Positions 10,285 through 21,116 of a stretch of DNA of 64,000 bases are shown here, piece after piece. Every line of letters starts with the position of its first letter. Position 1 is the first letter of the stretch. The translations under genes and the position numbers were made by a program. The notes beneath the pieces are model-generated. The model did no database searches, was not told where the DNA came from, and worked only from the letters and a program-made list of their open reading frames with translations. The DNA comes from an uncultured Nitrososphaeraceae archaeon (GTDB lineage Archaea > Thermoproteota > Nitrososphaeria > Nitrososphaerales > Nitrososphaeraceae), in contig CAVXZB010000019.1 in NCBI GenBank assembly GCA_963765895.1, positions 160,001-224,000 on the forward strand, read 5' to 3'.

Positions 10285-10568
10285 CATACCTTATAAGTAG
10301 TTAAATAAATATTGTAACGAAATCAATTGATCATCGCGGTGGAAATGGGCTGTCGAAAGAACTCCTATACCTTAAATTGACAGAAACTACAACACAGATA
10401 TTTAAGATAAACCTATTAAGTCTGGCGTAATCTCAGAAGGACCAATTAACGGCTAACTGAAAACGAATTCTTTTGAATTCAAGAGGTATTCTGGCATTAA
10501 GTATATAATATGCGAACTAATCCGACTTTCCAAGGTGGTAGCTCAAAAGCCAGAGATAAGCCTCACAA

Positions 10569-10605
10569 ACTTAATCAATACTTAATCAATACTTAATCAA
10601 TACTT
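10569..10605. repeat. 11-bp tandem repeat ACTTAATCAAT x3.4
   Basis: directly visible in intergenic DNA. Confidence 0.9.
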
Positions 10606-12007
10606 CCTTGTATTCTAAAATCCTCTTAATGCAGAATATTTAGAAATAGTACCGCTGTCTATAAATACTGTTAATGATACGATCGTTCAATAATAAAGGA
10701 GAAATGTTAACCCTAATGCCATCAGCCAATCATAATAGGTGAACAGAGCTAAGTCTCCAATCTGTCCATAAAAATTCAAAAACCAAGAAGAAATCTTATC
10801 ACAATATCGCATCCGATTTTCGGTTGATGAGTAACTCATGTAACTGGAGAGCATTTCCTAATTCCAGATTTTCTAAATCCACATATGACTATCGAAATTT
10901 TAATCTACGTGAGAGATACTGTGATAATTGTCGTGAATCAGATCAGATAGACAGCTCACCATGATATATCAGCAAAATTAAAATTTCGATCTAAGCGAAC
11001 TATGTTAATCAAGAATTTTATAGGTTTTCTTTCATGTACGTTTTACCAGCATCGCTCAGTATCTCAGAGAAGTGAATAGAGAGATATTAATGCTTTCTAT
11101 TCCCTCTCTTATGAAAATTTAGTCGAGTTTAATCTTATATTTGGCCGGAGATTTGAGTTCAAGGGTTAATATTCAACAACGGCAGGACTGTCGAACTTGT
11201 GCATTACGATAATGAGGCATGAAAATTAAAAGATTATGGAACCTACTCAGAATTCCAAATATCAGGATTTAGGCAGGGATATCTTATATGCATGATAAAT
11301 AAAATTACTACACTCTAACGTCCACGACAACCAAACTCAAAAAAGTGGAGGCAAGTCCGGTACAGGCTAATTTAGTAACAATCAAATAAAAATGGGCTAT
11401 TTGTCGCAACATAACCTACCTTATAGGTTGTTGCCGTAGGCCAATATAGGGATATGGAAGGAGAAGATTTCGTGTCTTTTTTATAATTATCTTCATTTAT
11501 CTGATACCTTAGAATATGAGTCTTTTGTTATCGAAAGTGTTTATTGAGATATATCAATACTTACAATGTTGACATAATAGCTGTGAACACAGTATGTAAA
11601 GATAATATGTGAGGTTCAGAAGTCACTCTATATTGTTACTAATGCAAGTACCAAATAAAATCTGACATTGTTATACCGAACAATAGATATGACATGTACG
11701 CTTTAGTCTAGGGTTAAATTATTAATAGCTTATGTATCTAATCAAGCTCTACGCGAATGATCCTTGTAAGATGCCCGTTAACTGAACATGCAGACGACAC
11801 ACCAGTCGTTTAAAGTAGCAGTAATATATCAACGACAAATAGTCGTACAAGTAAACAGTTAGAATTGCCGCTTTGGCGTACTCCATATGAAATGCGCTAA
11901 ATTCGGACGATTAACTCAGTTATATAAATTATGAAGTGACATTCATATGTATTGTTGATATCAGATTTAATCAAGTATATGCTACATTAAATCCTAGGAA
12001 AGCCACA

Positions 12008-12828
12008 TTATGTGAAAAATTTGCGTATTACCTCGTAAACTACCGCGGCTTTCTCTGAGAACGGAGCGTGTCCTGCATTATCTATAACCTCCACTATAGC
12101 ATTTGTTAGCGATTGGTGGAATAATTCAAGATATTCAATAGGAATCAGAGTATCATTTCTACCCCATATTAGAAGCGTTGGCACTTTGCCCAGAAGCTTT
12201 AGTCGTTGGGGCTCAATCTGAGTCATTACACTATTCTCATAAGCCGAGCGGAAAGAGTATTTTGCATTAGGCATGTTTATTCTAAAAATAAAAAGGTTAA
12301 CCAATGCCGGACCTAAGGAAGATGGATTTGCCATCATTTGTTGGAATACATTTTTACGTTATCAAAGGATGGATACAATGCGGCATGAAAGTATTGCTCT
12401 AGTAGAGATGTCGGCCCATTTAATAGGCCTGAAGAGTCAATCAATACAAGTCTATCTATCAATCCCAAATTTTCTATTGCAACCTCTGCAGCAATATAAC
12501 CCCCAAGCGAATGTCCAATTAGACATGTTTTACCGTGATCTATGCCCACTGTTCTCATAAACTCAAATACAAAATCTTTGAAAAATCTGATGCTATAATC
12601 TACGGTGTTAGGCGTATCACTTTTGCCAAAACCTAGCAAATCGATCGCAAGCGTGTGATACGATTTAGATAAGGCTTCTGGGATATCCAGCCATCTGTCT
12701 GCAGATGCACCTAACCCGTGAATAAGTAAGATATGATCCGTGAAATTATTGTCACTCTTATTCTTATCGCCTGGCTCATATTCCAGGTACCTTGTTCTGA
12801 ATCCATTTACATCGACAAACTTTTCCAT
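12008..12828 (-). CDS. alpha/beta hydrolase (frameshift in A-run at ~12351, likely a sequencing error)
   Basis: LIHGLG, IDLLGFGKSD and GHSLGG in ORF 12334-12828; LLIWGRND and AGHAP in ORF 12008-12337; one extra A joins them. Confidence 0.85.
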
Positions 12829-13286
12829 CTTTTATCTACTACTCTTTTGTGCATACGGAAGCATATTAGTATGATCTGTAAACGTATTGCATTGAATTAG
12901 TAGCGAAGCATGACTCAGCGCAGAAAATAAGTATCGTAACTGATATTATATTTCTATACTTGGGTTCAGCCCAGCCTAAATATGCCTCTAATTGATACCA
13001 TATCTCTTTTGATTTACACAAGAATGTCCATAATATTTACAAAATCATAACCCAAATTTAGTTTGAGCAATTTAAACTATATCCAAGTTAATTGATATGG
13101 TGAGAATAATTAAATTCCTTCCAGGAGACTATTACCACGTTGAACAACATAACCATTTGGTCGATTGGAATCTTATCAATTAGATTCCAGCTATTACCCA
13201 ATCCGAGTTGTGAAGCAATTTTTCCACTTTGAGGTGATACGAAATATGTAGTCAGATTGGAATATACAGGCGATCGTCTGAGCAAA

Positions 13287-14066
13287 TTATCGCAGCGGAT
13301 TACGACGCTGCGCCCAATCGATTATCGAACCATCATATAGTCTCACGCTATTAAACCCCGCCTCTCTAAGTTGCAAATAGGTATGAGAAGCCCTTGTTCC
13401 AGAGTGACAGTAACATACAACTTCCTTATTTTTCGTAATCCCCTTATTTTCAAATTCACGTATTAGCTCGTCCCTATCTTTAATCATTTTCCCATTACTT
13501 CCTATACCTTCTTCCCAATTATGTAAGACAGATCCTGGGATCCTTGCTTGGAAGTGTTCCTGCGGTGTTCTGGCATCCAGTATTATTATTTCTCCCGTAT
13601 GCATCCTATCCTTGATTGTTTGCTCATCTGCTCTAATGGAAGAATTTATCCGAGAAGAGAAGTGCGCATTATTTGGGGTAGTATAGGTTGGAACTTGCTT
13701 GCTAGTTGCCAATCCAACTTTCATCCATTCGCTGAATCCAATTTCTAGGAGCTTGACACTCGGGTGCCCATGGTAAAGTAGGCTCCAAACTACTCTTGCT
13801 GCAGACGGGTCGGTATTCTCACCATATACTACGACTGCTTTTGAGTTATCGATGCGAAGTTTAGTAAAAACCTCTTCAGCTGTCTTAGAATCGATCACTA
13901 GATTAGCCCCATTATCAGCAACTGAAACAAGGCTTTCAATACCTATCGGCAGGGCATTCTCAATATGTCCAAACCTGTATAACATCTTTCCCCTTGCGTC
14001 TAAAACAAGTACTTTAGGGTCGTCTAAGTGCGCTGATAGCCAGTCATAATCTTCAGTTACTATCAT
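13287..14066 (-). CDS. two-domain rhodanese / thiosulfate sulfurtransferase
   Basis: LDAR..GHI, LDAR..ARIPG, active site YCHSGTRA, LYDGS..DW. Confidence 0.9.
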   Translation of the reverse strand: MIVTEDYDWLSAHLDDPKVLVLDARGKMLYRFGHIENALPIGIESLVSVADNGANLVIDSKTAEEVFTKLRIDNSKAVVVYGENTDPSAARVVWSLLYHGHPSVKLLEIGFSEWMKVGLATSKQVPTYTTPNNAHFSSRINSSIRADEQTIKDRMHTGEIIILDARTPQEHFQARIPGSVLHNWEEGIGSNGKMIKDRDELIREFENKGITKNKEVVCYCHSGTRASHTYLQLREAGFNSVRLYDGSIIDWAQRRNPLR

Positions 14067-14379
14067 AATTTATCCATTCACATTGAATTAAACCTCATAT
14101 GAATCATAATTTCGTCCTTTGACCAAATTTCTTTGCCTGATAAACCGTCTATTTAAGGGCTGTGTAAAATTTCGTGCTAGAGAAGCATAATCTATGCCTT
14201 TATCTTAGCTTTATGGATACCAGTATGCCTTCATAGTAGGTATCCCTCTTAGTACCGAGGCAATTCATGAATGTGATTTCTTTTGTTCGAGATTACGAGG
14301 ATTTAGCTTAATTTAGATTTTCGGGACGCATAAATTTTACTTCTTTAAGGGGATATTCTTAAAGACACGAACAGATAGG

Positions 14380-15123
14380 TCATGACAATTTATGGTCTTC
14401 TATTTGGAAAAAACATCTAAACCATCCGCTTGCTAGTTTAGCGACTTCTTCGAGCGTGCCTGGTTCTTCGAAGAGGTGGGATGCATTCGCAACTATAGCC
14501 ATCTTCTTCTTTTCTGAAGCAATATCTCGTAGTGCATTTCTGTTCCAGTCTATCACCTCTGAAAAATCATTACTCCCTACAATGAAAAGCGTGGGAATTC
14601 TGACTTGGTTCAAATTATTCCTTTGAACAAGGTCTGGCCTTCCAGAACGTGATACTATTGCAGCGACAAAATTGGATACACTGCTAGTTGCCGTTGCAAT
14701 AAGGGCAGCTGCTGTGCCTGTACTTGCTCCGAAGTAACCGACTAAAAGGCCTCGAGTATTTGGATTTCGGGTTACCCATTCAGTTATTGAAACCAAACGG
14801 CTTGCTAAGAGCCGAATATTGAATTTATTCAATAAGAAGCCCGAAATCTTATCCCGCTGCTTTTCCATGATAGTATCGCTCTCTTCTTCTTCAGGTGTAA
14901 GTAAATCTACCAATAAGGTAGCAAGTCCATCTCTATTCAATATTTCTGCCACGAATCTATTTCTAGGGCTATTCCGACCACTTCCGCTCCCGTGAGCAAA
15001 TAAGATTATTCCTTTTGGCTTGCTTGGAACAGTAAGATCGCCTTGTTGCGTAAATGACTTCCCTAAGCTCGAGATCGGAATATACACAGATGCTTTGACA
15101 AATTCTGTACTTGCTTCTTCCAT
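14380..15123 (-). CDS. dienelactone hydrolase-like alpha/beta hydrolase
   Basis: FAHGSGSGRNSPRN, GYFGASTGTAAAL, VSRSGRPDL, ASHLFEEPG. Confidence 0.88.
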   Translation of the reverse strand: MEEASTEFVKASVYIPISSLGKSFTQQGDLTVPSKPKGIILFAHGSGSGRNSPRNRFVAEILNRDGLATLLVDLLTPEEEESDTIMEKQRDKISGFLLNKFNIRLLASRLVSITEWVTRNPNTRGLLVGYFGASTGTAAALIATATSSVSNFVAAIVSRSGRPDLVQRNNLNQVRIPTLFIVGSNDFSEVIDWNRNALRDIASEKKKMAIVANASHLFEEPGTLEEVAKLASGWFRCFFQIEDHKLS

Positions 15124-16549
15124 TTAATCATCATTATCTATGGGATTATTTTAAAAACGCTACTTTAGTCATTAAAGGAGCTCGACACCTAGGAATCTGA
15201 TAGAGCATGCATATGAAATCTAAACTATAATGGATTCGTGGACTTATTCGATATAAGTTCTCAGAATTATTATTTTCAAATTCCGACTCATATCTCACGA
15301 CTTGCTTATGTTTGGACTCGACGGAGTTTTAATCATTAATGTCAAAATCGTTCAATAGAAGTCTTGAGAATAGATTTTGATGTCCTTGAGGGACAATAAA
15401 TATTATTTATCTTTTTCATCATTGCGGAGTACACGGAATCATTGCCTGGATCTTCTTGCAGTCAGCATAAAGCGACCGAAATTGGTTTGATAAACCCCAA
15501 TTGGATTATTACAGGCATTACCTCGAATTACGAGTTCTTCTGACACAGGTTAGCATAGAATCTATATCGCGAAATTTATGCCCGTCTTTAAATAACTGCC
15601 CAGATCTCCATAGCGGCTGCTCTAGATCTAATACCGCAATAATTCTCATACTCTTGTTTTTTTCTCATAACTGGAAGTGCAGCCAGTATGATAACATGAC
15701 CATAAAATTTTTTCACATTATTCTTCATCTCATCAACAGATAGGTCTTGGAAGGAACTTACGAGCCCAATTTCGGCGATAGTTCTCCATACATAGAGATT
15801 TCCTTTCTCTATATCCTTAATTGGACTGCATTCTAGGGTCCGTCATTATTAACTCAAGTTGGATAATCTCAATAGATAGATCTCCACCCTCAGCCAACAC
15901 TCTGAACTCATTTACTTGGTGCAATCTCTGAACTTTAGCGTATGTAAGAAAATTATATCTTGTGAGAAGCAATGAAGGTTAGAGACCGGTGCTAGTAGAG
16001 CAAACTGTAACTACAGCAACTGATGATAGAGACCATTTTCTGAAAGGCCATCCCCTCGTGGTTCATAGTAGTGGATGTTTAATATCATATAGTCGAAAGA
16101 ATAATACTTCTTATAATTTGGCAGAAAATTTTTCTTTAGGCGAGCCTGTGACAGAAACAGTCGTGCAGACAGTAACGACTAGGCCGCAGTACTTAAGGTG
16201 TCTAGTGGGCTAGTACATGTCGACATAGATAACATGGAAGGTTTGTAGGTCCCATAGTAAGTTTTAGGATGGCACTGAAGGGGATTATTGTATAGGGAAT
16301 GAACATATGCAAAGAGACAGGCAGCTAGTTATCGCAGCCAGGACTAATCAATTGGAGAGTCTAAACTTCAGAAAAATGACAGATTTCTATAATGACCAGC
16401 TGAGCTAGGCATTGTATGCATTCCAAGAGATTACTGGATCTGAGAGATTAAAACGGTAGATCAGAAATTAAAATAAGGATTCCCCGAAGAAGGCCAGCAT
16501 AATCAACATAAGGCCATTTAGCAGTGTATATTCATATTATTTCTCTACG

Positions 16550-16729
16550 TCATGGACTTTCAGCCTTCGACTTGCTCTGACCCAGCGGAATGTATATTCC
16601 ATCATCCTTTACTATCATTTCTAGCCTGGTACCCTTTGCCAAATTAAAGCCATCGACAACAGGCTTGGGCAATACTATTATCGAACTAGATCCCATCGAT
16701 GTAATGGTTACAGTGTGTTTTGTAGGCAT
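16550..16729 (-). CDS. AbrB/MazE/SpoVT-family DNA-binding micro-protein (59 aa, absent from the ORF track)
   Basis: MPTKHTVTITSMGSSSIIVLPKPVVDGFNLAKGTRLEMIVKDDGIYIPLGQSKSKAESP*; swapped-hairpin pattern; GGTGA Shine-Dalgarno upstream. Confidence 0.75.
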   Translation of the reverse strand: MPTKHTVTITSMGSSSIIVLPKPVVDGFNLAKGTRLEMIVKDDGIYIPLGQSKSKAESP

Positions 16730-17585
16730 TACCTTTCACCTAATCATCTGCATGTATATTTAACTATTATCATGGATATATGTTCAGGCCTATATTGAAA
16801 TATATATTTTTTAGAGCGAGAACCTAGCCATGAAGGTTCAGCCTTATTTCGACGCACATTGACAATATGCGCTGAGTACTCTTCTAATCTGGGGAAGTTT
16901 AAGGTTATACTTTAATTTGACAACTGTCCTGCATAAAGTGGCTTTAGGTAAAGGTTATATGCTACGAGTTAGACGAAGGTGATTTCGTTGGGCTATCTCT
17001 ATTTTACCGCGACAATTCAAATTTCATATTACAGCTGGCCCAAAAAAATCCGGCCTGACATAATTCACCTTCGGTATTGGCTGATTATTTATCGGTTACT
17101 TCAAGATGGACTCGATCCTCGAAAACATGTACAAACATTCATTCGCTTTAAGAGTCCTATAGAGTTTCTCCTAACAGCAACTTTCCATTCAGTAAGCGCC
17201 ATTAAGTGGAAGTAAAATTGGTTGGTTGTCACTCTAAAATGCTGGCCCAAAATGAGCCCTCGGAAAAGGTGTTAAAATAATACCATTGTCAGATACAGGA
17301 AAAGGATACTTAATTATAATTCCTCGATAATCTGAATAAAGAAATACCTGCTAAAAGTGGAGCGATTACTTTATCTACTAATTACATGTCCACGATAATT
17401 GGAGGAGAAAATGAAGCAATCCCACGCGGTGCAGAATCTATCTTCTCATCACGGAAAAGGAAATGGATGCAATGGGGGCCTGTTACAAAAGAATTTATAA
17501 TAACTATATGAGTCATCAAAGGCTGAAGATTAACAATTTATTGAATAGAAAGAAAGAATGATGATCCATGTACAGGGATCATTTT

Positions 17586-17891
17586 TTAAGGTATGTGGCA
17601 TCCAGCGCCAGTCCATCCAGCTCTATATCCACCCTTCCAATCATTTGTATGAGCGGTACTAGCCCCATTGTACTTATGACCATCCCGGCAATCAGTTTTT
17701 CCTATAGTAAAGCCGTCACAATAGTTTTTCGTATGCTTTGAACTGTCACATTGTAAAGTTTTGCCTACTGAAGTATCTGCGGCTTTCACTACATGATCCG
17801 TAAGTAGTATCGGAGCTATCGACAAAGCAGATATGACAGATGCTATGACAAATGCCGTTTTATTAGAACAAGACTTGCTCATTGATGGCAT
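17586..17891 (-). CDS. small secreted Cys-containing protein with HT..Y/W..G.. repeats
   Basis: hydrophobic signal, VKA cleavage site, HTKNYCDGF and HTNDWKGGY repeats, 4 Cys in the mature part. Confidence 0.65.
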   Translation of the reverse strand: MPSMSKSCSNKTAFVIASVISALSIAPILLTDHVVKAADTSVGKTLQCDSSKHTKNYCDGFTIGKTDCRDGHKYNGASTAHTNDWKGGYRAGWTGAGCHIP

Positions 17892-18598
17892 AAGTAGTAA
17901 GCAGTACTTAAGGTTTGTTCCTATTTTAAGACAGTTTATTGCGCAAATCATTCACCAAATCGGATTATCTTATATTATAATATTTGTATCGTTTTTATTC
18001 TATCTGCATTTATCTGCCAGACAACGCCAGCTAGCAACAGATATTTCAATTCAGATTAACTTACGACGGTCACTTGTTAATATGCTCCAGACTCGGCCTT
18101 GCTGTGCAGAATTCTCGAGAATTTATAATCACAGTAGATAATATCAGTTCATAGATAGAAGCGAAGGTGATGAGAAGAAGGCACCTAAGAGTATCAGTAA
18201 AAGGACTAATTGAATATTTCAAAATCGATTATACTGAAGAATAGTGGAAGCATGATATCCATATAGCAGGAGACGTTGCAAATGTGAACAATTGAAATAA
18301 GTAACCCACAAGTATAGAAGCCAGATGGAATGGAGTAACTCTAAACTGTAGACATACTGGGTGCCTGAACCTCGATGTCATATGGCGTTTCGAATTCCAT
18401 ATTAAGTACTCAATTAAATTCAAGACATTTGGCTCCATTCGTTGTTATATTTTCTCTACACTCTTCAATATTGGAGATAAACCAGAACCCGAATATGCCG
18501 TAACGACTTCCTTGGCTTTCCCAAGCATAGCTGTGTAGCTGACCCCATCAAGCCATCAGTGTTGCAATCATTGTTTGTCAGATTCATATCATCCTCCC

Positions 18599-18740
18599 GG
18601 AGAGAAGGGTGCTATTGAGGGGCCAGCTCCGTGTTTGGTCTTGCCCTTACTATAATAGCTACCCTCGGTGAACGGAGCAGAAACCGAGTCGCTCTTTGAC
18701 ATGAGTATCCAATTCCTCAAGAGGTTAAGAGGGGATACCT
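18599..18740 (+). ncRNA. candidate structured RNA (multi-stem junction with loop-loop pseudoknot)
   Basis: GC-rich island; stems 18599-604/18692-697, 18606-616/18654-665, 18619-626/18635-642, 18664-669/18683-688; loops CTCCGT and ACGGAG are complementary; G-U pairs favour the + strand. Confidence 0.4.
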
Positions 18741-19287
18741 TTGCCACGATACGGATGAACAAAACAAATAGTATTCACGAATTCAATTAATTAGAACGAA
18801 TTATTACTTTTAAACATCGTTGTATCAGATCAGCAAGACCTCTTAAAGCTAGGACACATAATAATACTAATGTTTCACACCTATGTTACTATGTGATGCT
18901 GCACTTTCTTCAAGAACAGGACCTCGCATAATACTCTAATGCCCAGTGTATTCTTAATAACAGAATATTAATCAGTAAGTAGCTGCTCGTTATCAATCAG
19001 CAGAAATTATAGCTAATAAAATTTATTCGATTAGTCCCAGTAGGTTCATTAGAGATCCCGACTATATTAGGTTGTTTGCTTTCCTAATTTAGGTTCAATG
19101 TTTGTTCTAACCTGAAGTTCAATATCAAATGATTTGATCCTAATTTCAGAATATTTTTGATATATTCAAATTATAGCATTCACCGTAGTATGTGTTTGTG
19201 TCTTGTCTTGTTCCATACATTCTACAAAAATTATACTCCAATAAACTGCTAATTGTCAATTAAACTTTGTCTCTTAAAAAAAGAAAT

Positions 19288-19829
19288 TTAGGCACCAGCA
19301 CCTATGCCTGGATTACCGACTGGGTTACCTGCTGCGAGACTACCGCTCGCGTGGCTGCCACCTTGGCTGCGACTTTGGCCACCATTTGCTTGCCACGCGT
19401 GGTTACCACCTTGGCCAGCCGCTTGCGTGGTTACCACCTTGCCCCGTTGCTTGGCCACCGCTTGCGTGGTTACCACCTTGGCCACCATTCGCTTGGCCAC
19501 CACCCTGATTATTTCCCTGGTCGTCATGGCTACCACCATCATATTTATGATCGTTACCTTGATCTACTCGGCTGGAGCTACTTGGTTGAAAACTGAGCAC
19601 GTTGGCTGCGTTATGGTTCCCATTAATTTGGCTGGCTAGATTTTGACAATTAATATCTAAAGGCATTGTGCCGTTTCCACAGTTATTATCTAGTGCGGCT
19701 GTTTGCCGTACAGACTTTGAATAGTGATGTCCACCTGCAAATGCAATTTCTGAAGATATGACTGCACCTGTTGCTAACAGAGCTGCTAAAACTGAAATAG
19801 GCAGCGATTGTAAGACTATTGTTGTTCAT
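19288..19829 (-). CDS. small secreted Cys-pair peptide, copy 4, with Gly/Gln/Asn/His-rich tail; frameshifts at ~19800 and ~19420
   Basis: corrected MNNNSLTIAAISVLAALLATGAVISSEIAFA-GGHHYSKSVRQTAALDNNCGNGTMPLDINCQNLASQINGNHNAANVLSFQ + (GGQ/GGNHAS)n ... GIGAGA*. Confidence 0.75.
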
Positions 19830-19856
19830 AATTTCAAGGAATAATTAATTTAATTC

Positions 19857-19905
19857 TTTATCTACATTAGGGGAAAGTTTGCACCCCATTTAATCTGATA
19901 TATCC
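19857..19905 (-). promoter_or_regulatory. conserved 49-bp upstream motif (copy 4)
   Basis: reverse complement GGATATATCAGATT-AAATGGGGT-GCAAACTT-TCCCC-TAATGTAGATAAA. Confidence 0.72.
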
Positions 19906-20564
19906 TTCTAGACATTTTCTAGTTGGTTTGTTATATAGCATCTCAATTTTAGAAGCACGGTGCGGATCTTCGTATTGGGCACAATAATGTACAAATTATT
20001 TCACAATGCTACGTTACCACTACGATAGCATTTTGACATATCGAGGAGAACACTAGACCATCTATTGGGACTTTAATAAAGTTCCGTCCCACGACAAAGG
20101 CCGCTACTCCACTGTAAATAAAAACGAACCCACCAATTCGGATAACTGGAAAATATGTCGAGTATTGTTTAGGATCGGTTTTGTATGTAGTTAGATGCAT
20201 TACAATTGTTTTTAGTGCAAACCTGCATCGAAACCTAGTTGGAGAATTTAACTGTTAAGTGCTAATCTAAAGCTTAAGTTGGATAGGGCATTTGTAGTAG
20301 CATAACCAAATCTGCTATTCATCCTGAATGCGTACGTTTATTTGCTGACGGCAATGAAAGCCCTTTTAACTACTCTTCCAGTTCGATATATGACTTCTGC
20401 ACAAATCTGGCATTATATTGATGTGGCCTCGCTAGTAATCCCGCATCTAAAACCCATTTTGTAATTGAGATTGTAGTAAATCTTGTTGATATTGGGTTAT
20501 CTATGGTATTTAATACCATTTAATGGCAAGGATTATATATCCCAAGAACTATATCACAATTAAT

Positions 20565-21116
20565 ATGTCATCTAAAAAAGAACTAGAATCTAATATTACC
20601 ACATCCAGTTCACAGTTGAAAAAAGATCAGCAAGAAGTAATCGATAAAGCCTTGGATCAAACGAGAGAAGATATTCGAAAATCTGTCGATGAGGCCAAGA
20701 GAGAGATCCCCCGCTACACAAGGGCAATTAACGAATATCAGGAGCAAACTATCGAAGCTACTCGAGAATTAGCAGACAACTTTGTAGTATCACAGAAAGA
20801 AATCATTAATTCATTTCAATCTGCATGGGCTCCTTATATAGAGAATTATACAAGAAATGTAAACACCTATTTGTCTCCTGGACGAGTCTCAGAAGTATAC
20901 ACTAACACGACTCGATCTTATGCTGATAATATATTCACAGTAACGAGACTGACCAATAATGTCATATTTGGATATGCCGAAGCCATGAAGAACTCTCTGC
21001 AACAAGCCAAAAATAATGCCAAGGAATTGTCACGAATCGGTGTTAATGCAGCAAAGACTTTCGAACAGACATCAAAGGAAAATTCAAGACTAGCACAAGA
21101 TATTGCAACGAAGTAG
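20565..21116 (+). CDS. uncharacterised all-alpha amphipathic protein (phasin-like composition)
   Basis: long ORF with helical periodicity, 'ALDQTREDIRKSVDEAKREIPRYT..INEYQEQTI'; function is inference only. Confidence 0.65.
   Translation: MSSKKELESNITTSSSQLKKDQQEVIDKALDQTREDIRKSVDEAKREIPRYTRAINEYQEQTIEATRELADNFVVSQKEIINSFQSAWAPYIENYTRNVNTYLSPGRVSEVYTNTTRSYADNIFTVTRLTNNVIFGYAEAMKNSLQQAKNNAKELSRIGVNAAKTFEQTSKENSRLAQDIATK

Noticed and set aside
15500-16250. Short ORFs and possible decayed gene fragments
   Set aside because: No recognisable motif; cannot be supported as genes.
19267-19639. Plus-strand ORFs 19267-19596 and 19304-19639
   Set aside because: Antisense shadows of the Gly-rich repeat tail of peptide copy 4.
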